A stretch of DNA of 64,000 nucleotides from Actinomycetes bacterium. Its GTDB lineage: Bacteria; Actinomycetota; Acidimicrobiia; Acidimicrobiales; JAJYXR01. Positions 24,956 through 34,152 of the stretch are shown one piece after another (the stretch's first letter is position 1; every line of letters begins with the position of its first letter). The translations under genes were made by a program, and so were the position numbers. The DNA lies in contig JAJYXR010000007.1 of NCBI GenBank assembly GCA_021801795.1, positions 5,048-69,047 of the forward strand. The letters run 5' to 3'. A model generated the notes under the pieces. The model did not search any database, had not been told where the DNA came from, and saw only the letters and a program-made list of their open reading frames with translations.

Positions 24956-26325
24956 AGGCTGGCCTCTCCAGAGGAGACTCTCCCCAGGGCCCCATCGGCT
25001 GCTGCCTCCGGGACCCGCGCCGGGATCCCGCTGGTAGCCCCGTCGGCATGACTGCCGGTGCCATGGTAGTTCCCGGTACCAGCGCTGAGGAACGCTAGGA
25101 CCGCGCTGGCCCAGCGCCGCCAGGAGAACTCGCCAATGCGCTCCTGGGCACCCTCCAGGCGGCTGGCCACCTCTGCCGGCTCTCCGCACATCGAGCTGAC
25201 CACGCTCTCGATCAGCCCGGCGAGGCCGGACACGTCGCCGTCGGGGTACACCCAGCCCTCCAGGCCGAGCGTCTCCATGGTCTCCGCGTAGGCGGGTATG
25301 TCGGAGGCGAGGACCGGCACGCCCAGGGCCACCATCTCCAGGATCACGAGGCCGAGCAGCTCTACTGGCCCCTCCAGGTAGCCCGAGTAGGTGATGTGCG
25401 TCGAGGGGCAGACCGCCAGGGTAGCGCTCGCCGAGACGCGCCTCAGCGCCGCGTCGGGCAGGTCACGGCGGAAGGTGACCTCAGGTCCCGAAAGCGAGGC
25501 CAGCTTGCGCAGGTGCTCCTCGTAGGAAGGGTCGCTCTCGCGGTAGCAGATGTCCACCGACCAGCCCTCGCCGAGCTGGCGGGCGGCCTTCAGCAGGTGG
25601 TCGATGCCCTTGTGCGGGAGCAGCCTTCCCACATAGAGGAGGCGCCGCTGTCGGGCCCTCGCAACCATGTCCGCTGCCGTCACCTGCTGAGCGGCCGTGT
25701 CGTCGATCCCGCCGCGCACGAGGCGCACCTCGGGGCGGTAGAAGGCCCGCATGGTGTCCTCCGCCGCCGTCTTGCTCTGCTCCAGGCAGGCCACTCGCGC
25801 GGGTGCCCAGGAGACCACCTCGTCGTAGAGTGGCCGCCTGGTGTTGTCCCCGTGGCCGCTGAAGAGGACCGGCACCCCCGAGAGAACACCGGCCAGGATG
25901 TGGAGCGTCAGGTCGTTCGCATAGGGCTGGCTCACCAGGAGCGCGAGGCAGGATGGGGCGTTGCACGCCACCACTACGTCCTCGACGCCCACGACCCTGG
26001 AAGGCAGGTCCGCTGCGGAGGCACCACCGCCCGTGCGGGAGTGCAACGGGCTGGCCCCGTGCTCGAAGTGCCCCGACCCTCCGGGTCCGAGCACCCTCTC
26101 GTAGAAGGTGAGCCCTGCCGGAACGCCATCCCGGGGATACTCGAAAGGCGCCTTGGTCGCCTGGAAGAACCTCACCTCCACCTGCTCGCCGAGCGCTGCT
26201 GCCATGCCCTCGGTGAAGCGCTCGCCACCGCCCCGGTAGCGGTCGAAGGGCGGGTACAGCGAGATCACGACGACGTGCTCGTCGCGGCCTGCCACTGCCC
26301 GCTTCAGTCCTCCTGCCTTCGACAC
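24952..26325 (-). CDS. Glycosyltransferase family 4
   Basis: HVVVISLYPPFDRYRGGGERF at the N-terminus and GPVELLGLVILEMVALGVPVLASDIPAYAE in the C-terminal GT-B domain. Confidence 0.85.
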   Translation of the reverse strand: MSKAGGLKRAVAGRDEHVVVISLYPPFDRYRGGGERFTEGMAAALGEQVEVRFFQATKAPFEYPRDGVPAGLTFYERVLGPGGSGHFEHGASPLHSRTGGGASAADLPSRVVGVEDVVVACNAPSCLALLVSQPYANDLTLHILAGVLSGVPVLFSGHGDNTRRPLYDEVVSWAPARVACLEQSKTAAEDTMRAFYRPEVRLVRGGIDDTAAQQVTAADMVARARQRRLLYVGRLLPHKGIDHLLKAARQLGEGWSVDICYRESDPSYEEHLRKLASLSGPEVTFRRDLPDAALRRVSASATLAVCPSTHITYSGYLEGPVELLGLVILEMVALGVPVLASDIPAYAETMETLGLEGWVYPDGDVSGLAGLIESVVSSMCGEPAEVASRLEGAQERIGEFSWRRWASAVLAFLSAGTGNYHGTGSHADGATSGIPARVPEAAADGALGRVSSGEASL

Positions 26326-26349
26326 TGCGTCATGGTAGCCCGCGGCCGG

Positions 26350-27141
26350 CTAGCGGGAGTCCTGGCGCAGCGCCTCGCGGGTCAGGCGCACCAGTGCTCC
26401 GGGCACCTCGGCCGGATGAGCCATGACCTGGGCCGCGATCCAGCCAGCCCGGTAGACACGCGTATGACGCTCGCGCATCTGAGCCCGCAGGCTCCGGTGC
26501 TGGGCCCTCGCCCGCCCGAGCGCCGATCCCGGTCGTCGCCTGTACCACAGGGTGGCCTCGGGTACGTACACCCCCCTGATCCCCTGGTCGAGGCAGGATA
26601 GCCAGAAATCCCAGTCCTCGTAGAGGCTGCTCACGACCTCCGAGTACCCCCCCGCGCGCTCCCAGGTGTCTCTTGGCATGAGCGCGCAGTAGGGGACGAC
26701 GTTTCCTGCCAGGAGCGCTAGCGAGTTGAACCGAGGGATCCGCCAGCGCCTGCTCACCGCGCCGAACATACGGACACCCGGGTAGGCGTAGCCCACGTCG
26801 TGGTGCTCTCCGAGTGCGGCCAGCAGGAGTGCCACCGAGTCAGGCTCCAGCCTGTCATCGGCGTCGAGGCAGAGCACGTAGTCGGTGGAGGCCGCCGATA
26901 TGCCGGTGTTACGGGCTGCGGACACCCCACGGTGCTCCTGGGCGATGACCAGGGCGCTTCCTTCTCGTTGCACGCGGTCGATGATCGAGCGCGTAGCGGG
27001 ATCGGTGGAGCCGTCGTCGACCACGACCACCGCCACCGGGACGCTCTGTGAGCATGCCGAGCCCACTGCCTCTGCGAGGACAGGACCGTCGTCGTGACAG
27101 GGGATGACGATCGTCGCCACGGCCATGGTCTCCACCACCAT
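26350..27141 (-). CDS. Glycosyltransferase family 2
   Basis: ATIVIPCHDDGPVLAEAVGSACSQS..VVVVDDGSTD...YVLCLDADD is the canonical GT2 pattern. The start is ATG 27141 or ATG 27126; the track ORF extends to 27387. Confidence 0.85.
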   Translation of the reverse strand: MVVETMAVATIVIPCHDDGPVLAEAVGSACSQSVPVAVVVVDDGSTDPATRSIIDRVQREGSALVIAQEHRGVSAARNTGISAASTDYVLCLDADDRLEPDSVALLLAALGEHHDVGYAYPGVRMFGAVSRRWRIPRFNSLALLAGNVVPYCALMPRDTWERAGGYSEVVSSLYEDWDFWLSCLDQGIRGVYVPEATLWYRRRPGSALGRARAQHRSLRAQMRERHTRVYRAGWIAAQVMAHPAEVPGALVRLTREALRQDSR

Positions 27142-27155
27142 GTCATCGTGACACA

Positions 27156-28499
27156 ATGTCTCCGATGCCAGGCGACCACTCCGAAGCCCTCGGCGTGAGA
27201 AGGTCGCTGGCCCTTCTGGCCAGGGCATCGGAAGCGTGGGAACGCTGGAGTGTCCGGGGAAGCGTCGCAGTGGAGATGGCGACGACGCACGCTGTTCGCT
27301 GGGCGAGGACAGTCGAAGTGTCCACCAGCCGGAAGGTCGCGCCGGGTGGACCTCGGACCCGGGGTAACGCACACCTTCCCGGGGCATTGTTCGTCGTACC
27401 GTGGCTGCGCGTAGGCGGTGCGGACAAGGCGGTCATCGACCTGGTGCGGCACCTGAATGGCTCGGCCATAGACGCGACGGTCCTTGCCACTCTCGGGATG
27501 AGGAATGGATGGGCTGGTGGTCTCCGGGCAGCCGGGGTGCCGGTGGTCGTGCCTCAGGACCTGCCACCTGGCTCCAGGGCACGGCGTGCAGCCATGGACG
27601 CTCTGGTGGAGGACAGGTCCATCCGCCTGGTACAGGTATCCCAGAGCCGGGCCGGTTACGGGATGCTCGAGCACCTCCGCAGGGTGCATGGCGTAAGGAC
27701 GGTCTCCCTCGTCCAGCTTCCCGACCCGAGAGCCATGGAGAGGGACTTCGTGGCTCTCTCGGCCCACCACCGCGCCTCCATAGACCGCCATGTGGCAGTC
27801 GCTCCCCACGTAGCCGAGGCGCTGGTATGCAGAGGCGTGCGAGAGGAGGACATCGAGTGCATACCGAACGGCGTGGACACCGAGCTGTTCAGGCCAGCCG
27901 ACCCAGACGCGGGCATCGAGCCCGACGGCCTGCTGGCTGGCCTGCCTGCCGACCAGCCGGTGGTGGCTTTCGTGGGCAGGCTGGTCGAGCAGAAGGACCC
28001 GATCACCTTCGTGCAGATGGTATCCAGGCTGCGCCACAGGCTCGGCTCGGGCTTCTCGGTCGTCGTGGTTGGTGGTGGGCCGCTCCGTCGCCTCACCGAG
28101 GTGATGCTCCGGGCGACCGGCCATCCTGGTCTCACGCGATGCACCGGGCCAGCGTCGGAATCAGAAGTGGCCTCTGTGCTGCCGAAGGCATCGGTGGTCG
28201 TTGCACCGTCGCGCTACGAGGGGCTCCCGCTCGTGGGGCTCGAGGCCATGGCATGCGGCGTGCCGGTCGTCGCAAGCGACGTAGATGGGTGGCGCGACCT
28301 GGTGGCGGAGGGACGGACCGGGTTCCTCTGCACTCCTGGTGACCCCGACGCCTTCGCGGAGAGGACGGCGACACTTCTAGGCGATCCGGGGCTGCGCGAG
28401 CGGATGGGCACCGAGGCAAGGTGCGTGGCAGAGGAGCGCTTCGCTCTTGGCCTGGTCCTAGCTCAGTACCGAAGGCTCTACGCGGACCTGCTCGCCTGA
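27156..28499 (+). CDS. Glycosyltransferase family 4 (start uncertain; possibly ATG 27276)
   Basis: ALFVVPWLRVGGADKAVIDL at the N-terminus and SRYEGLPLVGLEAMACGVPVVASDVDGWRDLV at the C-terminus. It is divergent from the GT2 gene, and the 27156 start would leave only a 15-nt spacer. Confidence 0.8.
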   Translation: MSPMPGDHSEALGVRRSLALLARASEAWERWSVRGSVAVEMATTHAVRWARTVEVSTSRKVAPGGPRTRGNAHLPGALFVVPWLRVGGADKAVIDLVRHLNGSAIDATVLATLGMRNGWAGGLRAAGVPVVVPQDLPPGSRARRAAMDALVEDRSIRLVQVSQSRAGYGMLEHLRRVHGVRTVSLVQLPDPRAMERDFVALSAHHRASIDRHVAVAPHVAEALVCRGVREEDIECIPNGVDTELFRPADPDAGIEPDGLLAGLPADQPVVAFVGRLVEQKDPITFVQMVSRLRHRLGSGFSVVVVGGGPLRRLTEVMLRATGHPGLTRCTGPASESEVASVLPKASVVVAPSRYEGLPLVGLEAMACGVPVVASDVDGWRDLVAEGRTGFLCTPGDPDAFAERTATLLGDPGLRERMGTEARCVAEERFALGLVLAQYRRLYADLLA

Positions 28500-28567
28500 C
28501 TGGCGAGCACGGGCACCGTCCCCCGGCCACTGATGCTCAGATCTATATCACTGAAGGTCAGGGCCCG

Positions 28568-28924
28568 CTAGAAGCCTACGTAGGCGGCTGGCGACACCAT
28601 GCCTTCGACTCCCTGCTCGTTGTAGGGGATCACCCGGTACCAGAGCGCCGAGGCCGGAGCAGTTGGGTCTGTCCAGGGTGTCGAGTCGTCCGTGGCACAG
28701 CGGTCGCAGACGGTGGACCAGGGGCCGTCGGGACCGGTGGCAGAACGCTCCACGCTGTAAGTGGCGGCGTCGGTGGTGCCGCGCCAGGCGATCACCACGG
28801 CCGACTCGGCGTGAGCGCTCCCAGATCCGGCGTCAGGCCCCGAGGAGCCACCTCGGGAGCGGGCCACACTGGTGACGAGCGGCTCGCCCGGCGGCGGCTC
28901 GCTCGGCGGAGCCGGGTCCCCCAC
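28568..28924 (-). CDS. Small fibronectin type III-like domain protein; probably the out-of-frame body of a lipoprotein whose signal peptide starts at 29003
   Basis: VVIAWRGTTDAATYSVERSATGPDGPWSTV....ALWYRVIPYNEQGVEG fits the FN3 W..Y.V.R...W....Y.YRV.A.N pattern. The upstream signal peptide (ATG 29003, MLFVVSLAGLLSSCG) is in a different frame. See the finding on this locus. Confidence 0.55.
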   Translation of the reverse strand: MGDPAPPSEPPPGEPLVTSVARSRGGSSGPDAGSGSAHAESAVVIAWRGTTDAATYSVERSATGPDGPWSTVCDRCATDDSTPWTDPTAPASALWYRVIPYNEQGVEGMVSPAAYVGF

Positions 28925-29216
28925 CTCCGCCGAGCGAACCGCCGCCCGAGCCGAGGAGTCCGCAGGAGGAGAGAAGACCGGCTAGCGACACCACGAACAA
29001 CATGTGGCGCAACGCCACGGCCGCACGGCGCGCCGAACGGTCCCGATCCTGCCCCCCATCGGGAAGCAAAGCTAGCGGGTGCAGTGGCTTGGTGCTGCGA
29101 GGACCCGCTCCTCGGGTCCGTTGTGCGCACGACTTCGACCACCACTGCAAGGAAACGGAAAGAAACGGGACGCCAGGCTGTCTGGCCCCGGACAGATCGG
29201 TTAGCGTTGGGCGGCG

Positions 29217-29787
29217 ATGAAGGCCCTCGTCACAGGCGGTGCCGGATTCATAGGCTCGCACCTGGCAGAGCACCTGCTAGCCGAGGGCCACTTCGTCACC
29301 GTGCTCGACGACCTCTCCACTGGCCGCTACGAGAACCTGGCCCACCTCATGGACCACCCACGCATGCGCTTCGAGCTCGGCTCGGTGCTCGACCACGAGG
29401 CCGTGGAGAGGGCGATGGAGGGCGCCGACAGCGTGTTCCACCTCGCAGCGGCAGTGGGGGTGGAGCTCGTGGTGGAACGCCCCCTCGAGGGCATAGCCAC
29501 CAACGTGAGGGGCTCGGAGATAGTGATGGAGCACGCCAACTTGCATCGAGCCCGGGTGCTGGTCACCTCCACGAGCGAGATTTACGGGAAGAACTCCTCG
29601 GACTCGCTCTCGGAGGACGACGACCGCATACTCGGTTCGCCTCTGAAGAGCCGCTGGTCCTACTCCGAGGCGGGCGCCGGACATCTCCAGGGTGCGTGCG
29701 CTGATCGGGTTCGAGCCCGCGGTGAACCTGGACGGCATCATCGCCAGGCTCGTCGCGTACGAACGCGGGGACCACACGGGCACGTGA
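29217..29787 (+). pseudogene. Internally deleted, frame-shifted copy of the 33185-34150 NAD-dependent epimerase/dehydratase gene
   Basis: The first ~152 codons are ~80% identical to 33185 (MKALVTGGAGFIGSHL...SRWSYSEA). The sequence then jumps at ~29672-29682 to the last ~35 codons (..ISRVRALIGFEPAVNLDGIIARLVAYERG..*), which read in another frame (stop 29785-29787). About 133 central codons, including the catalytic YxxxK region, are missing. Confidence 0.75.
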
Positions 29788-29820
29788 ACGCGCGCACCCG
29801 GGTGGATGACGCCGAGGCGC

Positions 29821-30558
29821 CTACGCTGCCCACTCGGACGGCTGAATGAGTATGACCGTGCCTCGATCTTCAGCGCGCACGGTCTCGTCGACCGACCCCC
29901 CGACCACGGCCGCCACGCAAGGGACGCCAACGGCTGCCGCCAGCAGCTCCGCACGCCGTACCGCTCGGTCGAGATCGTCCATGTGAACGCGTGCAGCTAC
30001 CTCGCTCACCACGTATGTTGCCGTGCCATCATCCCGACGCACGGCCGAATGGACCGAATCGGCAAGAAGTATGTCGTCGTGATCGGCGTCGCCCAGCAAG
30101 CCAGCATCACAGGCGTCGTCGAGCAGCGCTGCAAGGGCGCCCTTGTCCACTAGCTTCACCCTCCGGAACCCACGGCTGCCCAGGTAGGCATGGGCGTTCC
30201 TCTCCCACTTGGTCTCGAAGTGCCCACCTCTCAGGTCCGCGACATAGCCGGTCAGGCGCTCCAGGGTGGCCTCGTGGCGCTCCAGGGTGGCCTGGTGGCG
30301 CTCGGCGACCTCGAGCAGGCGGGTGAGGATCGCCTCGTGGCGCTCCAGGGTGGCCTCGTGGCGCTCCAGGGTGGCCTCGTGGCGCTCCAGGGTCTCCTCG
30401 TGGCGCTCGGAGACCTCGAGCAGGCGAGCCAGCCTGTCGTCCATGGACGCGATCCGCTCGGGCACGGCGAGCAGCTCCCGCGAGAGCACCACTGCCCTCA
30501 ACTCCTCCGCCAGAGCCGGGTTGGCCTGCATCTCCTGAATGATCTCGAGTGTGTTCAT
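29821..30558 (-). CDS. Hypothetical protein: N-terminal ERHEATL heptad-repeat coiled coil + C-terminal domain with a possible PD-(D/E)xK-like fold
   Basis: 245-aa ORF with 7-aa repeats (LERHEAT x5-6). The C-terminal region is LRGGHFETKWERNAHAYLG...DILLAD...YVVSEVAARV...AVVGG. From memory, the same architecture occurs in multi-copy uncharacterised proteins of Chloroflexi, Deinococcus-Thermus and cyanobacteria. Confidence 0.6.
   Translation of the reverse strand: MNTLEIIQEMQANPALAEELRAVVLSRELLAVPERIASMDDRLARLLEVSERHEETLERHEATLERHEATLERHEAILTRLLEVAERHQATLERHEATLERLTGYVADLRGGHFETKWERNAHAYLGSRGFRRVKLVDKGALAALLDDACDAGLLGDADHDDILLADSVHSAVRRDDGTATYVVSEVAARVHMDDLDRAVRRAELLAAAVGVPCVAAVVGGSVDETVRAEDRGTVILIQPSEWAA
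30256..30402 (-). repeat. 21-bp in-frame tandem repeats (GCGCTCCAGGGTGGCCTCGTG) in two blocks, encoding ERHEATL heptads
   Basis: Units at 30256-30276, 30277-30297, 30340-30360, 30361-30381 and 30382-30402. Each block is followed by the related GCGCTCGG(C/A)GACCTCGAGCAGGCG, so there is also a higher-order duplication. Confidence 0.9.
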
Positions 30559-30667
30559 GGCCCACCACTATGGTAGCTGGCTGTATCACTGGGCGTCCGA
30601 GTTGCGGCCGACGCTAGACGGTAGGTGCGGCGGCAACTCAGAACCCACTGGCTGAAAGCCTGGCCTC

Positions 30668-31126
30668 TCAGGCGTAGTAGCGGTAGACCACCTCCGCCAC
30701 GCAGCAAGGTTTCTCGGAGCCCTCCGCCTCGATGGTAAGCCCCAGGGTGACCTGGACTCCGCCGCCAGAGACTTCCTCCACCTTCGCCACCTCCGCACCG
30801 AGGCGTACCCGAGAGCCCACCTTCAAGGGCGCAGGGAAACGGACCCGGTTGCACCCGTAGTTCACGCCGAAGCCCATCCCCTCCACCTCGAGCACGTCAT
30901 GCAGGAGGACCGGCGCCAAGGAGAGGGTCAGGTAGCCATGAGCGATGGTGCTGCCGAAGGGACCCGCAGCCGCCCGCTCCGGGTCCACGTGTATCCACTG
31001 GTGATCGTCGGTGGCATCCGCGAAGAGGTTCACCCTGTCCTGGTCCACCAGGTGCCAGTTAGACCAGCCGAGGTGTCTTCCTTCCAATGGCTGGAAACCC
31101 TCTATGCCCTTCACCACGGTAGCCAT
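30668..31126 (-). CDS. MaoC-like (R)-hydratase/dehydratase, hotdog fold
   Basis: MATVVKGIEGF...VDQDRVNLFADATDDHQWIHVDPERAAAGPFGSTIAHGYLTLSL is the canonical MaoC dehydratase motif. ATG 31126 is preferred over the ORF start at 31189. Confidence 0.85.
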   Translation of the reverse strand: MATVVKGIEGFQPLEGRHLGWSNWHLVDQDRVNLFADATDDHQWIHVDPERAAAGPFGSTIAHGYLTLSLAPVLLHDVLEVEGMGFGVNYGCNRVRFPAPLKVGSRVRLGAEVAKVEEVSGGGVQVTLGLTIEAEGSEKPCCVAEVVYRYYA

Positions 31127-31208
31127 GGCCCGAGACACTACCGCCGAGCGAGGTCTTAAGCCATCGGCGCACACTCGACCCCGATCCATCGCATAGTCTG
31201 CGCACCTG

Positions 31209-32276
31209 GTGAGCGACCTTCCCCTCTACGCGTACCCGCTCCTCTTCCTCGGGGCGCTCGCTCTGAGTGCCCTGCTCACCCCGGTGGCCATCGGCTTCGC
31301 CACCCGGCACGGCATCCTCGATCACCCGGCCCCGGGCAAGTCCCACACGAGGGCCGTCCCTTACCTGGGCGGGGCGGCGATCGTGGCGGCGTTCTCGGCG
31401 GCGATCGTGGTCGGGGCCTTCGTGGACCCGCCCTCGGCGGGCCTCGGCCAGCTAGCGGCACTGCTCGGCCTGGCGCTAGTGCTCGCCGTCGTCGGTCTCG
31501 CGGACGACGTGCGGGACCTGCCGATCTGGCTGCGCCTCGCTGTGGAGGTGGCGGCCGGGATCGGGGTGTGGGCCACCGGCACTGTGATGCACCTGGCGGG
31601 ATTCCCGGGTTGGGCCGACGCGCTCGTCACCATCGCCTGGGTGGTGGTGGTGACCAACGCCTTCAACCTGCTCGACAACATGGACGGCCTCTCGGCAGGC
31701 GTGGCTGCCATCGCCTCGCTCGGGATATTCGGCATAGCCGCGATGAAGGGCGAGTTCCTGGTCGCGGCGCTCGCTATCGCACTGGCGGGATGCGCGGCCG
31801 GGTTCCTGCGCCAGAACTTCCACCCGGCTCGTATCTACATGGGCGACGCAGGGAGCCTCTTCCTCGGCTTCATGGTCTCGGTGCTCGCATTGAAGCTCCG
31901 CGACAACCCGGCGACGAGGGTGGACGTAGCCGCGCTCGTGGCGGTGCTAGGAGTCGCCCTCTTCGACACCGCCCTCGTCGTGCTCGCCCGGATCGCGCAC
32001 CACCGCAGCCCCTTCAGCGGGGGCCAGGACCACACGAGCCACCGCCTGGTGCACCTGGGCCTTCCGGTGAAGGCGGCAGTGGGGGTCATCTACCTAGTGG
32101 CCGCGGCGCTGGCAGGGATAGGAGTGAGCCTCGCTGATGCAGGATCGGCGGTCCACGTCGCGGGAATAGCGATCCTCGGGATCGTCGGCGTCGTGGTGCT
32201 GGCCGCGTTCTTCCTCGTGCCCGTCTACGGCGACAGCCTCGACGAGCGCATACGACAGGCGTTCACCAGGCATTGA
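31209..32276 (+). CDS. Polyprenyl-phosphate N-acetylhexosamine-1-phosphate transferase (WecA/MraY superfamily)
   Basis: About 10 TM segments. NAFNLLDNMDGLSAG and YMGDAGSLFLGF are the signature motifs of the family. Confidence 0.85.
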   Translation: MSDLPLYAYPLLFLGALALSALLTPVAIGFATRHGILDHPAPGKSHTRAVPYLGGAAIVAAFSAAIVVGAFVDPPSAGLGQLAALLGLALVLAVVGLADDVRDLPIWLRLAVEVAAGIGVWATGTVMHLAGFPGWADALVTIAWVVVVTNAFNLLDNMDGLSAGVAAIASLGIFGIAAMKGEFLVAALAIALAGCAAGFLRQNFHPARIYMGDAGSLFLGFMVSVLALKLRDNPATRVDVAALVAVLGVALFDTALVVLARIAHHRSPFSGGQDHTSHRLVHLGLPVKAAVGVIYLVAAALAGIGVSLADAGSAVHVAGIAILGIVGVVVLAAFFLVPVYGDSLDERIRQAFTRH

Positions 32277-32353
32277 TGCCCGGCGGGGACGCCCGAGGAT
32301 CGCCCGCCGTCTCCACCGGTCGCTACGACACGGTGCGACCAGCGTCGTCCGCT

Positions 32354-32803
32354 TCAGCCGTACGCGACGGCTAGGTCCCTGGCAAGCTGCGGACCCGCCA
32401 GCTGGGCGGCCCTGGTATCCGCTGTAAGCCACTGCCCACCGATGTCCTCCGCCAGGGCGACGAACGTCGCGTCGTACCCGGACAAACCGCTGCAGGCCCA
32501 GTGTGCCATGCGCCCGAGCGCCCGCTCGGAGAGGGCGAGGGTTCGCACACCGAACGCCAGGAACAACGCCAGCGCCTTGGCGACGAACTGCTCGTCACCG
32601 GCCGATTTCCGGGCGAGGACGTGGATCAGCTCCGAGTGGAGCAGGTGTGGCACCACAAAGCGCGCCGGCTCGTCGCGAAGCTCGCTCCTGAGAGCGAGGG
32701 CAGCGGGGCGCAGCAACTCGTCCTCGAAGAACCAGGCGACCACCACCGAGGTATCGAGCACGACCAGCCGGCTTGAACCGCCTGCAGGGCCGGCGTCCGG
32801 CAC
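32354..32803 (-). CDS. vapC: PIN-domain toxin (VapC-like) of a type II toxin-antitoxin module
   Basis: LVVLDTSVVVAWFFEDE provides the first acidic residue in the typical position. Size is ~149 aa. It lies 3 nt downstream of a small antitoxin-like gene. Confidence 0.8.
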   Translation of the reverse strand: MPDAGPAGGSSRLVVLDTSVVVAWFFEDELLRPAALALRSELRDEPARFVVPHLLHSELIHVLARKSAGDEQFVAKALALFLAFGVRTLALSERALGRMAHWACSGLSGYDATFVALAEDIGGQWLTADTRAAQLAGPQLARDLAVAYG

Positions 32804-32806
32804 TGC

Positions 32807-33076
32807 TCAACAGCCCGTACGCGCCAGGCGCAGGATCTCCACCGAAGGCGTGGGGTCAGCCGCCGGACGGGCCAGCGCGTCCATCTGCTCGATGAGCCGA
32901 TCACGCTCAGCGGCAGCAGCCTTCTCCACGAAGCGCTCCTCGAAGTCGCGCAGCGACACGAGCGCTGCCACCGGACGACGCCCCCGGCAGAGCAGGACCG
33001 GCTCGCCGCCCGCCTCGAGCGCGCTGACGACCTTCCCCAACGACTGGCGCAACTCGAGAGCGGTTACACTCTTCAC
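32807..33076 (-). CDS. Phd/YefM-type antitoxin
   Basis: 89 aa. MKSVTALELRQSLGKVVSALEAGGEPVLLCRGRRPVAALVSLRDFE is the typical Phd/YefM N-terminal pattern. It sits directly upstream of the PIN gene. Confidence 0.75.
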   Translation of the reverse strand: MKSVTALELRQSLGKVVSALEAGGEPVLLCRGRRPVAALVSLRDFEERFVEKAAAAERDRLIEQMDALARPAADPTPSVEILRLARTGC

Positions 33077-33184
33077 AAAAATAACGTATTAGATGTCTAC
33101 CCAGGTGTCAAGTTAGCGCCACGGAGCTGGTCGGCCACATTGCCGCCATCTCGTGCGAGCCGGATCCATTAGCGTGATGATGCG

Positions 33185-34150
33185 ATGAACGCTCTCGTCA
33201 CCGGTGGCGCCGGTTTCATAGGATCGCACCTCTGCGAGCACCTGCTGGCAGGTGGCCACTCGGTCGGGGTGCTAGACGACCTCTCGACGGGCCGCTACGA
33301 CAACATCTCGGACCTGCTGGACCATCCCGGGATGCGCTTCGAGCTCGGATCGGTCCTGGACCCGGATGCCGTCGACCGGGCGATGCGAGATGCCGACAGC
33401 GTCTTCCACCTGGCTGCCGCGGTGGGGGTGGAGCTGATCGTGGAGAGACCGCTGGAGGGCCTGGCGACGAACGTCCGGGGCTCGGAGATAGTTCTGGAGG
33501 CAGCCCACCGCTACGGCGCGAGAGTGCTCGTCACCTCCACCAGCGAGATATACGGGAAGAACTCATCGGACTCGCTCTCCGAGGACGACGACCGCATCCT
33601 CGGATCCCCGCTGAAGAGCCGCTGGTCGTACTCCGAGGCCAAGGCTATCGAGGAGATCCTGGCCTACACCTACTGGCGTTCCAGGTCTCTCCCCACTGTC
33701 ATCGTCAGGCTGTTCAACACGGTGGGCCCCCGCCAGTCCGACCGCTACGGCATGGTGCTGCCCCGCTTCGTGCGCCAGGCGTTGCTCGGTAACCCGCTCA
33801 GCGTCCATGGTGACGGTCGCCAGACGCGCTGCTTCTGCTTCGTGGGAGACGTGGTGCCTGCCCTGGTCCGCCTGATCGAGCACCCCGAGGCCTACGGGCG
33901 GGTGTTCAACGTCGGCAGCACCGAGGAGATCTCCATAGACGAGCTGGCCCACCGGGTGCTGGCCGCGACGGGCTCCTCCTCGAAGATCCGCTACGTTCCC
34001 TACGAGGAAGCCTACGAGGAGGGCTTCGAGGACATGCCGAGACGAGTTCCGAACATCACGCGGGTACGCGACCTCATCGGCTTCGAGCCCACGGTGGACC
34101 TCGACCAGATCATCCACACGCTGATCGCCCACGAGCGATCCTCGAGCTAG
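33185..34150 (+). CDS. NAD-dependent epimerase/dehydratase (UDP-glucuronate decarboxylase-like SDR)
   Basis: GGAGFIGSHL Rossmann motif, STSEIYG and YSEAK (YxxxK catalytic motif). This is the intact parent or paralog of the 29217 pseudogene. Confidence 0.9.
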   Translation: MNALVTGGAGFIGSHLCEHLLAGGHSVGVLDDLSTGRYDNISDLLDHPGMRFELGSVLDPDAVDRAMRDADSVFHLAAAVGVELIVERPLEGLATNVRGSEIVLEAAHRYGARVLVTSTSEIYGKNSSDSLSEDDDRILGSPLKSRWSYSEAKAIEEILAYTYWRSRSLPTVIVRLFNTVGPRQSDRYGMVLPRFVRQALLGNPLSVHGDGRQTRCFCFVGDVVPALVRLIEHPEAYGRVFNVGSTEEISIDELAHRVLAATGSSSKIRYVPYEEAYEEGFEDMPRRVPNITRVRDLIGFEPTVDLDQIIHTLIAHERSSS

Positions 34151-34152
34151 TC

